From Candidatus Geohabitans tengchongensis (GTDB taxonomy: Bacteria; Sysuimicrobiota; Sysuimicrobiia; Sysuimicrobiales; Humicultoraceae), in NCBI GenBank assembly GCA_031459625.1, contig JAVKIH010000024.1, forward strand, positions 1 through 35,879: a DNA stretch of 35,879 nucleotides, written 5' to 3'. Numbering within the stretch: position 1 is the stretch's first letter; the number at the start of each line of letters is the position of its first letter. This document shows, piece by piece, positions 9,692-19,121 of this stretch. Position numbers and translations under genes: made by a program. Under the pieces are notes generated by a model. That model was not told the origin of the DNA, searched no databases, and saw only the letters and a list, made by a program, of their open reading frames with translations.

Positions 9692-10402
9692 TCACAGGCC
9701 CAGGTAGGAGACGCGCACGTGGGGGTCGTCGAGCAGCTCGGCGCCGGTGCCGGAACGCACGATCCGCCCGTGCTCCATGACGTAGCCCTGGTGGGCGAGC
9801 GGCAGGGAGGCGTGGACGTTCTGCTCGATGAGCAGCACCGTCACCCCCTGGGCGTGGATCCGCCGGACCGTCTCCATGATGGCGCGCACCAGGGTGGGCT
9901 GCAGCCCCAGGGACGGCTCGTCGAGGGTGAGCAGCTCGGGGGCGGTCATCAGGGCCCGCCCCAGCGAGAGCATCTGCCGCTCCCCGCCGCTGAGGGTGCG
10001 GGCGAGCTGCCCCTGGCGCTCGGCCAGGCGCGGGAAGAGGTCGAAGACCTCGCGCAGGCGCTGCGCCTGCTGCGCCCGGGCCCGCGCCACGGCGGCGGCG
10101 ACGAGCAGGTTGTCCCGCACCGTCATCTCCGGGAAGACGCGGGCACCCTCGGGGCTCACGGCAATCCCCAGGCGCACGATCTCGTCGGGGCGCAGCCGGT
10201 CGATGCGTCGCCCGCGCCACAGCACCGCCGGAGCGGAACCGCGTGGCCGCAGCAGCCCCACGATGGCGCGCAGCAGCGTCGTCTTGCCGGCGCCGTTGGG
10301 CCCGATGAGCACCGTGACCGTCTGCGGCCGCACCTCCAGGGAGACGCCGCGCAGCACCGTCAGGTCCCCGTAGCCCGTGGTCAGGTCGCGTACCTCCAGC
10401 AC
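9692..10402 (-). CDS. ABC transporter ATP-binding protein (LivF-like)
   Basis: GPNGAGKTT, LSGGERQM, LDEPSLGL, IEQN. Confidence 0.93.
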   Translation of the reverse strand: MLEVRDLTTGYGDLTVLRGVSLEVRPQTVTVLIGPNGAGKTTLLRAIVGLLRPRGSAPAVLWRGRRIDRLRPDEIVRLGIAVSPEGARVFPEMTVRDNLLVAAAVARARAQQAQRLREVFDLFPRLAERQGQLARTLSGGERQMLSLGRALMTAPELLTLDEPSLGLQPTLVRAIMETVRRIHAQGVTVLLIEQNVHASLPLAHQGYVMEHGRIVRSGTGAELLDDPHVRVSYLGL

Positions 10403-10423
10403 GGCGCGCCTCCCGCCCCGCCC

Positions 10424-11143
10424 TCAGGCGAAGGCCTCCCCCAGGTAGGCCTTCACCACCTGCTCGTCGCGCATGACCCGGGCCGGCGGGCCGTCGGCCA
10501 GCTTGCGCCCGTGCGTGAGGACCACGACCCGCTCGGCGAGCGTCACCACGGTGCGCATGACGTGTTCGATGAGCAGCAACGTCCGTCCCCGGGCCCGCAC
10601 CTGCCGCAGCACCTCCACCATCTCGGCCGCCTCCGCCACCGTCAGCCCGGCCAGGTTCTCGTCCAGGAGGATCAGGCGCGCTCCGGTGGCCAGGGCGCGC
10701 GCCAGGTCGAGCCGCCGGCGTTCGGCGGTAGTGAGGCTGGCGGCGGGGGCGTCCGGTTTGGCCAGCCCGACCAGCTCCAGGCAGCGGACCGCCTCGGCGC
10801 GGGCCTCCCGTACCCCCAGGCCCCGGCCGTACATCGCCCCCACGGCCACATTCTCCCAGGCGCGCAGCCCCAGCAGCGGCTGGGGGATCTGGAAGGTCTT
10901 CACGATGCCCAGGCGGCAGACGCGGTGGGCGGGCAGCCCCGTGATGGGGCGACCCTGGAAGCGGATCGTCCCACCGGTCGGGGGGAGGAGGCCGGCGATC
11001 ATGTTGAACAGCGTCGTCTTGCCGGCGCCGTTGGGCCCGATGACGGCCACCACCTCACCCTCGTCCACACTGAGGGAGACGCGGTCCACGGCCACCAGCG
11101 CGCCGAAGGTGCGCGTGACGTCCCGGCACTCCAGCAGGCTCAT
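10424..11143 (-). CDS. ABC transporter ATP-binding protein (LivG-like)
   Basis: ATG at 11143 (MSLLECRD); GPNGAGKTTLFN, LLDE, IEHVM, KAYLG. Confidence 0.92.
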   Translation of the reverse strand: MSLLECRDVTRTFGALVAVDRVSLSVDEGEVVAVIGPNGAGKTTLFNMIAGLLPPTGGTIRFQGRPITGLPAHRVCRLGIVKTFQIPQPLLGLRAWENVAVGAMYGRGLGVREARAEAVRCLELVGLAKPDAPAASLTTAERRRLDLARALATGARLILLDENLAGLTVAEAAEMVEVLRQVRARGRTLLLIEHVMRTVVTLAERVVVLTHGRKLADGPPARVMRDEQVVKAYLGEAFA

Positions 11144-11144
11144 G

Positions 11145-12107
11145 TCACGACTCCGCCACCCGCCGTTCCGCCGGAACGGCGGGCCGGGCGCGGCGGCGCA
11201 GCCGCAGCCGCGCCAGCCCCACCACACCCTGCGGGAAGACGAGGGAGACGGCCATGATGACCAGCCCGATGATGATGAGGTAGGCGTAGAGCAACCGCGT
11301 GCCCAGGACCTCGGCCAGCACGACCAGCACGGCCGCGCCCAGGAGCGGACCGAAGGGCGTGCCCAGCCCGCCGAGGATCGCCATCACCACCATCTGGAAG
11401 GTGATGGTGGGGCCGAAGGCCTCGTTGGCGTTGATGTAGGTGAGCCAGTACCCCGCCGTCCCGCCCACCCAGGCGATGAGCACCGCGGAGAGGCAGTAGG
11501 CCCAGCGCTTGAGGGCCAGCACGTCGATGCCCGAGGCGGCGGCCGCCACCTCGTTCTCGCGGATGGCGCGCAACCCGTAGCCGAAGCGGGAGCCCTCCAG
11601 CCACAGGGAGGCGGCCAGCGCCAGCGCCAGGATGGCCAGCAGCACGTAGTAGAAGTACGTGGTCCCCGGGCCCAGCGGGAAGGTGATGCCGTGGCTCCCG
11701 CCGGTGAGGGTGAGGCCGGTCACGCGGTCGAAGGAGAGCGCCCCCTCGCGCAGCGCCTCGGCCAGGGCCAGCGTCCCCACGGCGAAGTAGGCCCCGCGCA
11801 ACCGCAGCGTGGGCGTGCCCACGACGTAGGCCACCAGGGCGGCCAGCACCCCGGCGGCGGCGAGCGCCGGCAGGAAGGGCCAGTGCGCCCGCGTGAGGAG
11901 CACGGCCACGGTGAACCCCCCGAGCCCGTAGTGCACCACCGGGCCGAGGTCGACCGGCCCCGCGTACCCCGCCAGCAGGTTCCACGCTGAGGCCAGCGCC
12001 CCCCACATGAAGATCACGGCCAGCAGCCGCACCAGGTAGGGGCCGGCCACCAGCGGGAGCAGGGCCAGCCCCGCCACCAGCGCCGCCGGCAGCCCCAGCC
12101 GCCTCAC
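11145..12107 (-). CDS. Branched-chain amino acid-type ABC permease (LivM-like)
   Basis: GTG at 12107; WNLLAGYAG, LRLRGAYFA, SRFGYGLRAIRENE, ILGGLGT. This is the 3' part of ORF 11145..14105. Confidence 0.9.
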   Translation of the reverse strand: MRRLGLPAALVAGLALLPLVAGPYLVRLLAVIFMWGALASAWNLLAGYAGPVDLGPVVHYGLGGFTVAVLLTRAHWPFLPALAAAGVLAALVAYVVGTPTLRLRGAYFAVGTLALAEALREGALSFDRVTGLTLTGGSHGITFPLGPGTTYFYYVLLAILALALAASLWLEGSRFGYGLRAIRENEVAAAASGIDVLALKRWAYCLSAVLIAWVGGTAGYWLTYINANEAFGPTITFQMVVMAILGGLGTPFGPLLGAAVLVVLAEVLGTRLLYAYLIIIGLVIMAVSLVFPQGVVGLARLRLRRRARPAVPAERRVAES

Positions 12108-12973
12108 TCGACCCGGCCCCGCCCGGTGATGCCCGCGGGGCGCAGCGAGAGCGTCACGTAGAGCAGCAGGAAGGCCACCATGAGCGAGAGCCCCGCCTCC
12201 AGGTAGGTCTCGGTGAAGGCCTGGGCCAGGCCGATGGCCAGCCCGCCGTAGAGGACCCCGGGGATGTAGCCCATCCCGCCCAGCACCACCACGGCGAAGG
12301 CGAAGAGGGTGTAGGTGAGCCCCATGTAGGGGTGGATGTTGGTGAAGTAGGCGACCAGCGAGCCGGCCGCGCCGGTCACCCCGACCCCGAGGGCCACCGT
12401 GAGGGCGAAGACGCGCCGGGTGTCGATGCCCGCCAGCTGCGCCATCTCCCAGTCCTGGGCCGTGGCGCGCATGGCCCGGCCCAGCGGGGTACGTGCCAGC
12501 AGCGCGGAGAGCCCCGCCACCATGAGCAGCCCGAGCCCACCGGCGACCAGGCGGGTGTAGGGGAGGACCACCTCTCCCAGGTGAAGGCTGCGGTCCAGGT
12601 AGGGGACGCTGAGGACGCGGTAGTCCGCCGACCACAGCCGCAGCGCCGCGTTCACCAGCACCAGCGAGAGACCGAAGGTGGCCAGCAGCGAGACGAGGAG
12701 CGGCGCCCCCACCGAGCGGTTCAGGACGAACCGCTGCAGCCCGTACCCGAAGGCGAACAGGAGCAGGAAGGCGACGGGCAGGGAGAGGAGGGGGTCCACG
12801 CCGTGGCTGCGGGCCAGCCAGTAGGTGGTGAAGGCGCCGAGCATCATCAGCTCGCCATGCGCGGCGTTCACGATCCCCGTGACCCCGAAGATCAGCGAGA
12901 GCCCCACGCCCGCGGCGGCGTAGACGCCGCCCAGCAGCACCCCGTTGGCCACCGCCTGGAGGAAGACCATCAC
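12104..12973 (-). CDS. Branched-chain amino acid-type ABC permease (LivH-like)
   Basis: GLSLIFGVTGIVNAAHGELMMLGA; TPLGRAMRA; VVLGGMG. Confidence 0.92.
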   Translation of the reverse strand: MMVFLQAVANGVLLGGVYAAAGVGLSLIFGVTGIVNAAHGELMMLGAFTTYWLARSHGVDPLLSLPVAFLLLFAFGYGLQRFVLNRSVGAPLLVSLLATFGLSLVLVNAALRLWSADYRVLSVPYLDRSLHLGEVVLPYTRLVAGGLGLLMVAGLSALLARTPLGRAMRATAQDWEMAQLAGIDTRRVFALTVALGVGVTGAAGSLVAYFTNIHPYMGLTYTLFAFAVVVLGGMGYIPGVLYGGLAIGLAQAFTETYLEAGLSLMVAFLLLYVTLSLRPAGITGRGRVE

Positions 12974-13036
12974 GGCGGGGCGCCCGCTCCTGCCTCGCGG
13001 CGCGGCCTGTCGCCGGCCAGCGCCCCCGGCCCCGGC

Positions 13037-14290
13037 CTAGCGGCGGTCCCAGGGGGGCATGGGGTAGCGCAGCGGCTTCGCCCCCTGCAGCTTGGGCCAG
13101 ACCAGGACCCCGCGGCCGTCCTGGATCTGCACGGCCAGCGGCGGCTTCAGCACGATGGCCCCGTCGGGCCCGAACTTCACCCGCCCGTACAGCGACTGGA
13201 AGTCCAGCCGGTGCATCTCCTCGGCCAGGCGCTCGCGGTCCTCCGCCGACAGCGGCGGCACCAGGTTGAGGTTCTGCACGGCGACCTGCTGGGCCACCGC
13301 GCAGGCCGTGGCCGCCACCTGGGTGTAGTCCGGCTCCTTCCGGTACTTCAGGCGGAAGCGCTCGTACCAGGTGCGGGAGGTGCCGAAGACCGGGTCGCGG
13401 TAGTAGAGCGAGGGTACCCACTCGGAGGCCCCCACGGCGTACTCGGCGTCCCGCCCCAGCTCCTTCACGAAGTCGGGGACGGTGGGTCCGAAGCTGAAGC
13501 CCACGCCCTTGGGGGCGTAGCCGACCTCCTTGGCCGCCTTCATCACCCGCAGGGAGTGGGCCAGCAGGCTGCCCACCAGGAGGACCTCCGGGTTGCGGCG
13601 CTTGACCTTCTGCAGGAGCGAGGTGTAGTCGGCGAGCGCCAGCGGGAAGATCTCGAAGTGGACGACGCGCACGCCGTGGTCCTGGAGCACCTTCCGGAAG
13701 CCCTCCGCGGAAAGCTTGGCGAAGAGGTGCTCGGCCCCGATGATGGCCGCGGTCTGGGGCTTGGGCCGGGCGTTCACGAAGACCTCGGCGACGGCGCGCA
13801 CCTCCTCGAAGGTCTTGTTGAGCGTGGCGAACGTAAACTTGAAGCCGCGCTCGAAGATGGGGTTGGCGCTGGCCGCGCCTGAGCAGTACGGGTACTTGTA
13901 CTTCTCCGCCACGGCGGTGGAGGCGAAGACGACGTTGCTGCCAAACCCCCCGAGCAGCAGGTCGACCCGGTCGACGGTGGCCAGGCGCTCGACCAGCTGG
14001 GCGCTCTTGGCCTCGCTGGACTCGTCGTCGTAGACGATCAGGCGCACCGGGTACCGTCCGCCGCGGGACTCGATGCCGCCCCGCTCGTTCACCGCCTCGG
14101 CCCACAGCTCGTAGGCCTCCTTGAGCAGCGTGCCATCCCGGCCGAAGATGCCGCTCAGGGCCACCGCCACGCCGATCCGGAACTCCCGCGCCTGAGCGGC
14201 CGTGGGGCGCACCGCGACCAGCGGCAGGACGAGCCCCACCGCCAGGGCCAGCGCTGCCAGCCGTCTCGCCAACGTGGTCCTCACGCGCAT
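13037..14290 (-). CDS. HAAT/Liv-type ABC transporter substrate-binding protein
   Basis: GGAGG RBS and ATG at 14290; signal peptide ending near TAAQA; VNERGGI...YDDES. Confidence 0.9.
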   Translation of the reverse strand: MRVRTTLARRLAALALAVGLVLPLVAVRPTAAQAREFRIGVAVALSGIFGRDGTLLKEAYELWAEAVNERGGIESRGGRYPVRLIVYDDESSEAKSAQLVERLATVDRVDLLLGGFGSNVVFASTAVAEKYKYPYCSGAASANPIFERGFKFTFATLNKTFEEVRAVAEVFVNARPKPQTAAIIGAEHLFAKLSAEGFRKVLQDHGVRVVHFEIFPLALADYTSLLQKVKRRNPEVLLVGSLLAHSLRVMKAAKEVGYAPKGVGFSFGPTVPDFVKELGRDAEYAVGASEWVPSLYYRDPVFGTSRTWYERFRLKYRKEPDYTQVAATACAVAQQVAVQNLNLVPPLSAEDRERLAEEMHRLDFQSLYGRVKFGPDGAIVLKPPLAVQIQDGRGVLVWPKLQGAKPLRYPMPPWDRR

Positions 14291-14346
14291 CTTCCTCCCC
14301 TCCCCTGCCACATCGTGGCCGGCTGTGCCGACCGCCGCTCCGCCGG

Positions 14347-14985
14347 CTAGGGCGCGTCCACCTCCACCCGCACCGGCGTGGAGCGCCCGCCGTTGCACGG
14401 GCCGATCTCCAGCGGGCAGACGGAGAGCGCCACCACGAGCGGCATCTCCGCCCGGAACTCGACGTAGTCCCCCGGCCGGCTGGCCGGCAGGCCGATCACC
14501 CACCGCCGGTTAGCGCAGTCGTGCTCGTACCGCATGTTGATGTCGAAGGTGTCGGGGATGTCCTCCGGCAGCAGGCCGTAGGGCGCCACCACCCGGCTGA
14601 TGATCTCGTGGCAGCCGTCCTGGGGACCCACGCCCAGCTGGACCTCGTAGAGGAAGCGGTTGCACATCCGGTTGTGGCAGTCGTGCACGCCCTTCTCGGG
14701 CGCCGTCTCCTTGAGGATCGTCATCATGGGCCGGCAGAGCGTCGAGCGCAGGACGTCGCCCTCGGTGAGCCGGTCGCGGGGGATGTACTCGCCGACGCGG
14801 GCGGGGACGTACCGCGTGCGCGAGTAGGAGGTGGAGAGCTTCTCCCGCAGGTTGTCGCGGTTGAAGAGGGCCATGTCCACCACCTGCTGGCCCTCCAGGT
14901 CCACCACACGCAGGATCTGACCCGCCTCGAGCTCCAGGGCCAGCCCGTGCTTGCCCGGCACCACCTGCTCGAAGACCCGCCTCAC
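14347..14985 (-). CDS. DUF1989 / urea carboxylase-associated family protein
   Basis: GTG at 14985; LRVVDLEGQQVVD, HDCHNRMC, GCHE, GDYVEFRAEMPLVVALSVCP. Confidence 0.88.
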   Translation of the reverse strand: MRRVFEQVVPGKHGLALELEAGQILRVVDLEGQQVVDMALFNRDNLREKLSTSYSRTRYVPARVGEYIPRDRLTEGDVLRSTLCRPMMTILKETAPEKGVHDCHNRMCNRFLYEVQLGVGPQDGCHEIISRVVAPYGLLPEDIPDTFDINMRYEHDCANRRWVIGLPASRPGDYVEFRAEMPLVVALSVCPLEIGPCNGGRSTPVRVEVDAP

Positions 14986-15791
14986 CGCCGTCCCCGCACG
15001 TCCATCAGGGCCTTGCGCTGCCCGCCGTCGAGGGTGATGAGCGCCCCGTTCATGAAGCTGGCCCGGGGCGAGGCCACGAAGACCGCCACGTCGGCCACCT
15101 CCTCCGGGGTGCAGATGCGCCCGAGCGGGATCGACGCGGTGGCCAGCCGGGAGGCCTCCTCCGTGGAGAGCCCCATGTCCCGCGCGTAGGCGGCCACGAG
15201 GCCGTCCCACCGGTCGGTGGCCACCGGTCCCGGGTTGATGGCGTTCACCAGGATGCCGTGGGGGCCGTACTGCTCGGCCAGGGCCAGGGTCACCGCCAGG
15301 TCGGCCGCGTTGGCGGCACTGGGCGTCAGCTCCCAGAACGCCGGCTTGATCCCGTCGTTGCCGACGATGTTCACGATGCGCCCCCCGCCGGCGCGCAGCA
15401 TGTGGGGGATGACCGCCTTCATGAAGCGGATGTAGCCCAGGAACTTCGTCTGCAGGGCCAGGGCCCAGTGCTCCTCGGTCAGGTCCAGGAGCAGGCCGCC
15501 CGGGGCAGCTCCGGCGTTGTTCACCAGGATGTCCAGGCGGCCGAAGTGGGCGGCCGCCTGGTCGGCGATGCGCGGCGGGTCCTCGGGCCGCATGACGTCG
15601 CCCGGGAAGGGGACGACCTCGGCGCTGGTGGCCTGGCGGATCTCGCCAGCGACGCGCTCGAGCCGCTCCGCGTCGCGGGCGACGATCCCCACCCGCGCAC
15701 CCTCCCTGGCCAGGGCCACGGCCACCGCCCGGCCGATGCCCTTGCTGCCGCCGGTGACCAGCGCCACCTTGCCGCCCAGCCCCAGGTCCAT
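14982..15791 (-). CDS. SDR family oxidoreductase
   Basis: ATG at 15791; VTGGSKGIG, LVNNAG, NAINPGPVATDR, DGG. The usual YxxxK is not canonical (PSAAN). Confidence 0.9.
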   Translation of the reverse strand: MDLGLGGKVALVTGGSKGIGRAVAVALAREGARVGIVARDAERLERVAGEIRQATSAEVVPFPGDVMRPEDPPRIADQAAAHFGRLDILVNNAGAAPGGLLLDLTEEHWALALQTKFLGYIRFMKAVIPHMLRAGGGRIVNIVGNDGIKPAFWELTPSAANAADLAVTLALAEQYGPHGILVNAINPGPVATDRWDGLVAAYARDMGLSTEEASRLATASIPLGRICTPEEVADVAVFVASPRASFMNGALITLDGGQRKALMDVRGRR

Positions 15792-15810
15792 GGGCGCCTC
15801 CCCTACGAGC

Positions 15811-15850
15811 CTAGTTTCAATTACATTGAAGTTCAATTAAACGAAGCTAG
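15811..15850. promoter_or_regulatory. AT-rich operator/promoter with TTCAAT-N3-ATTGAA inverted repeat and a second half-site
   Basis: 15816 TTCAAT-TAC-ATTGAA 15830, then G-TTCAAT-TAA-ACGAA; about 25 nt upstream of the SDR start. Confidence 0.7.
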
Positions 15851-15907
15851 AGCGGCCTCCTGCCGGCGGGGCCTCCCGGCGCGGGCAGGCTGTCGTCGTC
15901 AGAAACC

Positions 15908-16777
15908 TTACGGACGCTCACCCGGGCGACGGGCACCCACGGCCCGGCCACGTCCGCCGGCGATCAGCTCGGTGTACAGCTCCGGCCGGCGGTCGCCGAT
16001 GAGGTCCATCTCCGCCGTGGCTCGCGGGGCGGGGCCGCGCACCTCCGCGGTCAGGACCTCCTCCCGGTCCGGCGCGGCCGGGCCCGCCCGGACCATTCCG
16101 TGCGGGTCGACGATCAGGCTGCACCCCAGCGTGCGCACCCCGCCGTCCTGCCCCGCGCGGTCGGCGCAGGCCACCCAGAGCCGGCTGCCGTAGGCGTATC
16201 CCGCCGCCAGGTAGGCGGCCCCGCACCACCCGCGCGCGTCCCACGGCTGGGGCTTGCCGCGGTCGGTCCAGGTGGTCGGGACGGCCAGCACCTCCGCGCC
16301 CCGCAGGACGAGGAGGCGCACCGCCTCCGCGAAGCGCAGGTCGTAGCAGATCAGGGGGGCGAGCCGGCCCACGGGCGTCTCCCACACCTCGAAGCGGTCG
16401 CCCGGCGTGAAGACCTCACGCTCGAAGTGGTAGAGGTGCACCTTCCGGTAGACACCCCGGAGGCCCCGGGGACCGACCAGGACGGCGCTGTTGCGGAGGT
16501 CCCGGCCGTCGCGTTCGGGCAGGCCTCCCAGCACCCACATCCCCGTCTCCCGGGCCACCGCGTGCCAGGCCCGGACCGTGGGGCCGTCGAGGGGTTCTGC
16601 GGAGGGTGCCACCTCCTCGCGGGTGCGGAAGTCGTAGCTGACCGTGCACAGCTCCGGCAGGACAGCCAGCCGGGTGCGCTCCGCCGCGGCCTGGCGCAGC
16701 AGCCGGACGGTGCGTTCCCGCATCGTCGCCGCGTCCGCCCACGGCGCCGCCAGCTGGACGACCGCCAGGCGGCTCAC
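15908..16777 (-). CDS. Carbon-nitrogen hydrolase (nitrilase superfamily amidase)
   Basis: Catalytic triad motifs LPE, YRKVHL, ICYDLRF. Confidence 0.92.
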   Translation of the reverse strand: MSRLAVVQLAAPWADAATMRERTVRLLRQAAAERTRLAVLPELCTVSYDFRTREEVAPSAEPLDGPTVRAWHAVARETGMWVLGGLPERDGRDLRNSAVLVGPRGLRGVYRKVHLYHFEREVFTPGDRFEVWETPVGRLAPLICYDLRFAEAVRLLVLRGAEVLAVPTTWTDRGKPQPWDARGWCGAAYLAAGYAYGSRLWVACADRAGQDGGVRTLGCSLIVDPHGMVRAGPAAPDREEVLTAEVRGPAPRATAEMDLIGDRRPELYTELIAGGRGRAVGARRPGERP

Positions 16778-16793
16778 GACGACAGGGCGCCCG

Positions 16794-17231
16794 TCACGCC
16801 GCCCACGGGGGCGGGCCGAGCGGCTGGGTCAGCTCCACGAGCACGCCCCCGGCGGGGTCGCGCAGGAACGCGATCAGCGTGTTGCCGGCGCCCCGGCGCG
16901 GCGCCTCGTCGGCCAGGGCCACGCCGCGGGCCCGCAGCGCTGCCAGCGCCGCGGCCAGGTCGTCCACGGCCAGGGCGACGTGCTGGACCCCCTCGCCATG
17001 CGTGCGCAGCCACTCGGCGTTCCACCCCTGGTCGGTGAGCGGCTCGATGAGCTCGATGAGCGTCTCCCCGACCGGGATGAAGGCGATCCGGAGCTCGCCC
17101 GGCCCGTACTCCTCCCAGGCGCGCACCCGCAGCCCCAGCGCGGCCAGCCGGGCGGCGGTGGCGCGCGCGTCCCGGACGAGGACGCCCACGTGGTGCACTC
17201 CCCGGACGGCCAGCGGCGGAGCGTCGCTCAC
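16794..17231 (-). CDS. VOC family protein (methylmalonyl-CoA epimerase-like)
   Basis: HHVGVLV, IELIEP, GEGVQHVALAVDD, GGVLVEL. Confidence 0.85.
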   Translation of the reverse strand: MSDAPPLAVRGVHHVGVLVRDARATAARLAALGLRVRAWEEYGPGELRIAFIPVGETLIELIEPLTDQGWNAEWLRTHGEGVQHVALAVDDLAAALAALRARGVALADEAPRRGAGNTLIAFLRDPAGGVLVELTQPLGPPPWAA

Positions 17232-17271
17232 GGCGGGGAGGCGGGCCGGCGCGCGCCCCCAACGCGCACGG

Positions 17272-17937
17272 TCACGGCACGAGGGCGGCCACGCGGGCCG
17301 GCCCGCCGTTGCCGCCCACCACGGGCACCGGCATCGCCAGCAGCGTGAACTCCCGGACGGGGATGGCGTGCAGGTTGATCAGGTTCTCGATCAGGCAGAC
17401 GTTGGCGCCCAGCGTGATCAGGTGCACCGGGTAGCGCGGCTGCCCCGGCGGTTTGGGCGGCCCGCCGTCCACGGCGAAGTCCACCGCCAGCGCCCGCACC
17501 CCGCACTCCACCAGCCACTCCGCCGCGTCGGTGGCCAGGTAGGGGTTGTCGCGGTAGAAGCGCGGGTCGCGCCAGTGCTCCTCGGCCCACCCGCTCCAGA
17601 GCACCGCCCGGCGGTCGCGCAGCTGCGCGGGGTCGCCCACCGCCTGGCGCAGCGCCTCCACCGTGAAGGGCTGGCCCGGCCGGGCGTGCATGCGCAGGTC
17701 CACCAGGACCGCCGGCCCGCACAGCCACTCCAGCGGCACCCGGTCGATGGTCAGCCCGCCCGGGATGAAGTGGTAGGGGGCGTCGATGTGCGTCCCGGTG
17801 TGGATGCTGAAGGTGGCGAACCCGGTGGAGAGGCCGTGCAGCTCGTGGTGGTGGATGGGGACGTAGTAGATGTGCGGGTGGCCGGGGACCGGCTCCACCC
17901 CCGGCCCCCAGGGGATCGTCAGGTCGATCAGGCGCAT
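17272..17937 (-). CDS. Cyclase family metal-dependent hydrolase (kynurenine formamidase-like)
   Basis: MRLIDLT; HTGTHIDAPYH; PVH; IENLINL; GGPARVAA. Confidence 0.9.
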   Translation of the reverse strand: MRLIDLTIPWGPGVEPVPGHPHIYYVPIHHHELHGLSTGFATFSIHTGTHIDAPYHFIPGGLTIDRVPLEWLCGPAVLVDLRMHARPGQPFTVEALRQAVGDPAQLRDRRAVLWSGWAEEHWRDPRFYRDNPYLATDAAEWLVECGVRALAVDFAVDGGPPKPPGQPRYPVHLITLGANVCLIENLINLHAIPVREFTLLAMPVPVVGGNGGPARVAALVP

Positions 17938-17993
17938 CCGCACCGCCCCGCCGCCCGGCCCCCCCCCGGACGGCCGCCGAAGCCGCGCGGCCC

Positions 17994-18995
17994 TCATGCC
18001 CGCCCCTCCGCACCCGCCGCCTCGGACGGCTCGACGAGGAGGCGGCCGTCCCGCACCACCACCTCGCCGTCCAGCTCGACCGTCGGCCGCAGCAGCAGCC
18101 CGTCCAGGTGGAGCTGGCTCGTCACCACCCCGCCGATGACGTGGTTGTCCCCGATGGCCACGTGCACCGAGCCCGCCACCTTCTTGTCCTCCGTCATCGA
18201 GCCGATGAGCCGGGCCCGGTCGTTGGTGCCGATGGCGAACTCGGCGATGTTGGTGGCGTGCTCGTCGGCCTCGGCGACCAGGCGGCGCAGCGCCTCCGCC
18301 GAAGCCCCGCCCTCGATGGCCACCACGCGCCCCGCCCGCACCGTCATGCGGATGGGTGCGTCCAGACGCCCCAGGTTGTCCATGGTGTGCTCGACGACCA
18401 GCGTCCCCTCGGCAGTGCCCTCCACGGGGGCGATGGCCGCCTCGCCGTCCGGCATGGCGGCGAAGGTGCCGGGCCCCCCCACCCGGCCGGTGAGGGCGAT
18501 GGCGCGGCGGCCGGCCACGCTCATCACCAGGTCGGTCCCCGCCGGGGTGCGCACGCGCACGCGCTCGGCGGCGGTGAGGCGCCGCGCCACCTCGCGGGTC
18601 ACCCGGTCGATGCGGTCGTAGTCGGCCAGCATGGCGCCGTGGGTCATGATCTCCTCGGTGACCCCGCGCAGCACCAGCACCCGCGCGCCCGCCTGGAGCG
18701 CCTCGCGGGTGGCGTCGGTGTGGGTCATGGCGTAGGTGACCGGCTGGATGACCACATGGGCCGCCTTCATGGCCGCGCCCACGGGGGCGGGGGGGTCGTT
18801 GCCGTGGGCGGCGCGCGGCAGCATGGTCACCAGCACCGGCTCCGCGCCCACCTCGCGCACCGCCTCGGCGATGGCCTCGGCGATCCGCTGCGTCTGGGTG
18901 TCGCAGGCCACCACGACGACTTCGCCGGGCTGGACCCGCGCGCAGGTGCGGACGACGGTGCGGACGCTCTCACGCAACGAGACGGCGACGGCCAT
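17994..18995 (-). CDS. M29/aminopeptidase T-like metalloprotein
   Basis: Own RBS (GAGAGGAGG) and ATG at 18995; TPAGTDL, MPDGEA, AEFAIGTN, VHVAIGDN, HLDG. Confidence 0.8.
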   Translation of the reverse strand: MAVAVSLRESVRTVVRTCARVQPGEVVVVACDTQTQRIAEAIAEAVREVGAEPVLVTMLPRAAHGNDPPAPVGAAMKAAHVVIQPVTYAMTHTDATREALQAGARVLVLRGVTEEIMTHGAMLADYDRIDRVTREVARRLTAAERVRVRTPAGTDLVMSVAGRRAIALTGRVGGPGTFAAMPDGEAAIAPVEGTAEGTLVVEHTMDNLGRLDAPIRMTVRAGRVVAIEGGASAEALRRLVAEADEHATNIAEFAIGTNDRARLIGSMTEDKKVAGSVHVAIGDNHVIGGVVTSQLHLDGLLLRPTVELDGEVVVRDGRLLVEPSEAAGAEGRA

Positions 18996-19121
18996 GCGAC
19001 CTCCTCTCACGGTCGACGGACGACATGGGCGCTCACTTCCTTCGCCGCCTCCGGCGTCGCTCCCTGGCGGTGTGCAGTGGGGGACTGCGCGGCACGACGC
19101 TGGGGCCGCCGGGGGCCGCGA

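Noticed and set aside
6257..9780. Very long alternative ORFs (6257..9061, 6958..9780; likewise 1684..4002, 18108..20567, 22072..24891, 26225..29017, 34066..35517)
   Set aside because: Antisense or shifted-frame shadows of real genes, expected at this GC content; low-complexity translations with no motifs of their own.
19000..19120. Riboswitch upstream of the M29-like gene
   Set aside because: Only a short GCAGT/ACTGC hairpin; I could not identify the conserved core of any riboswitch class.
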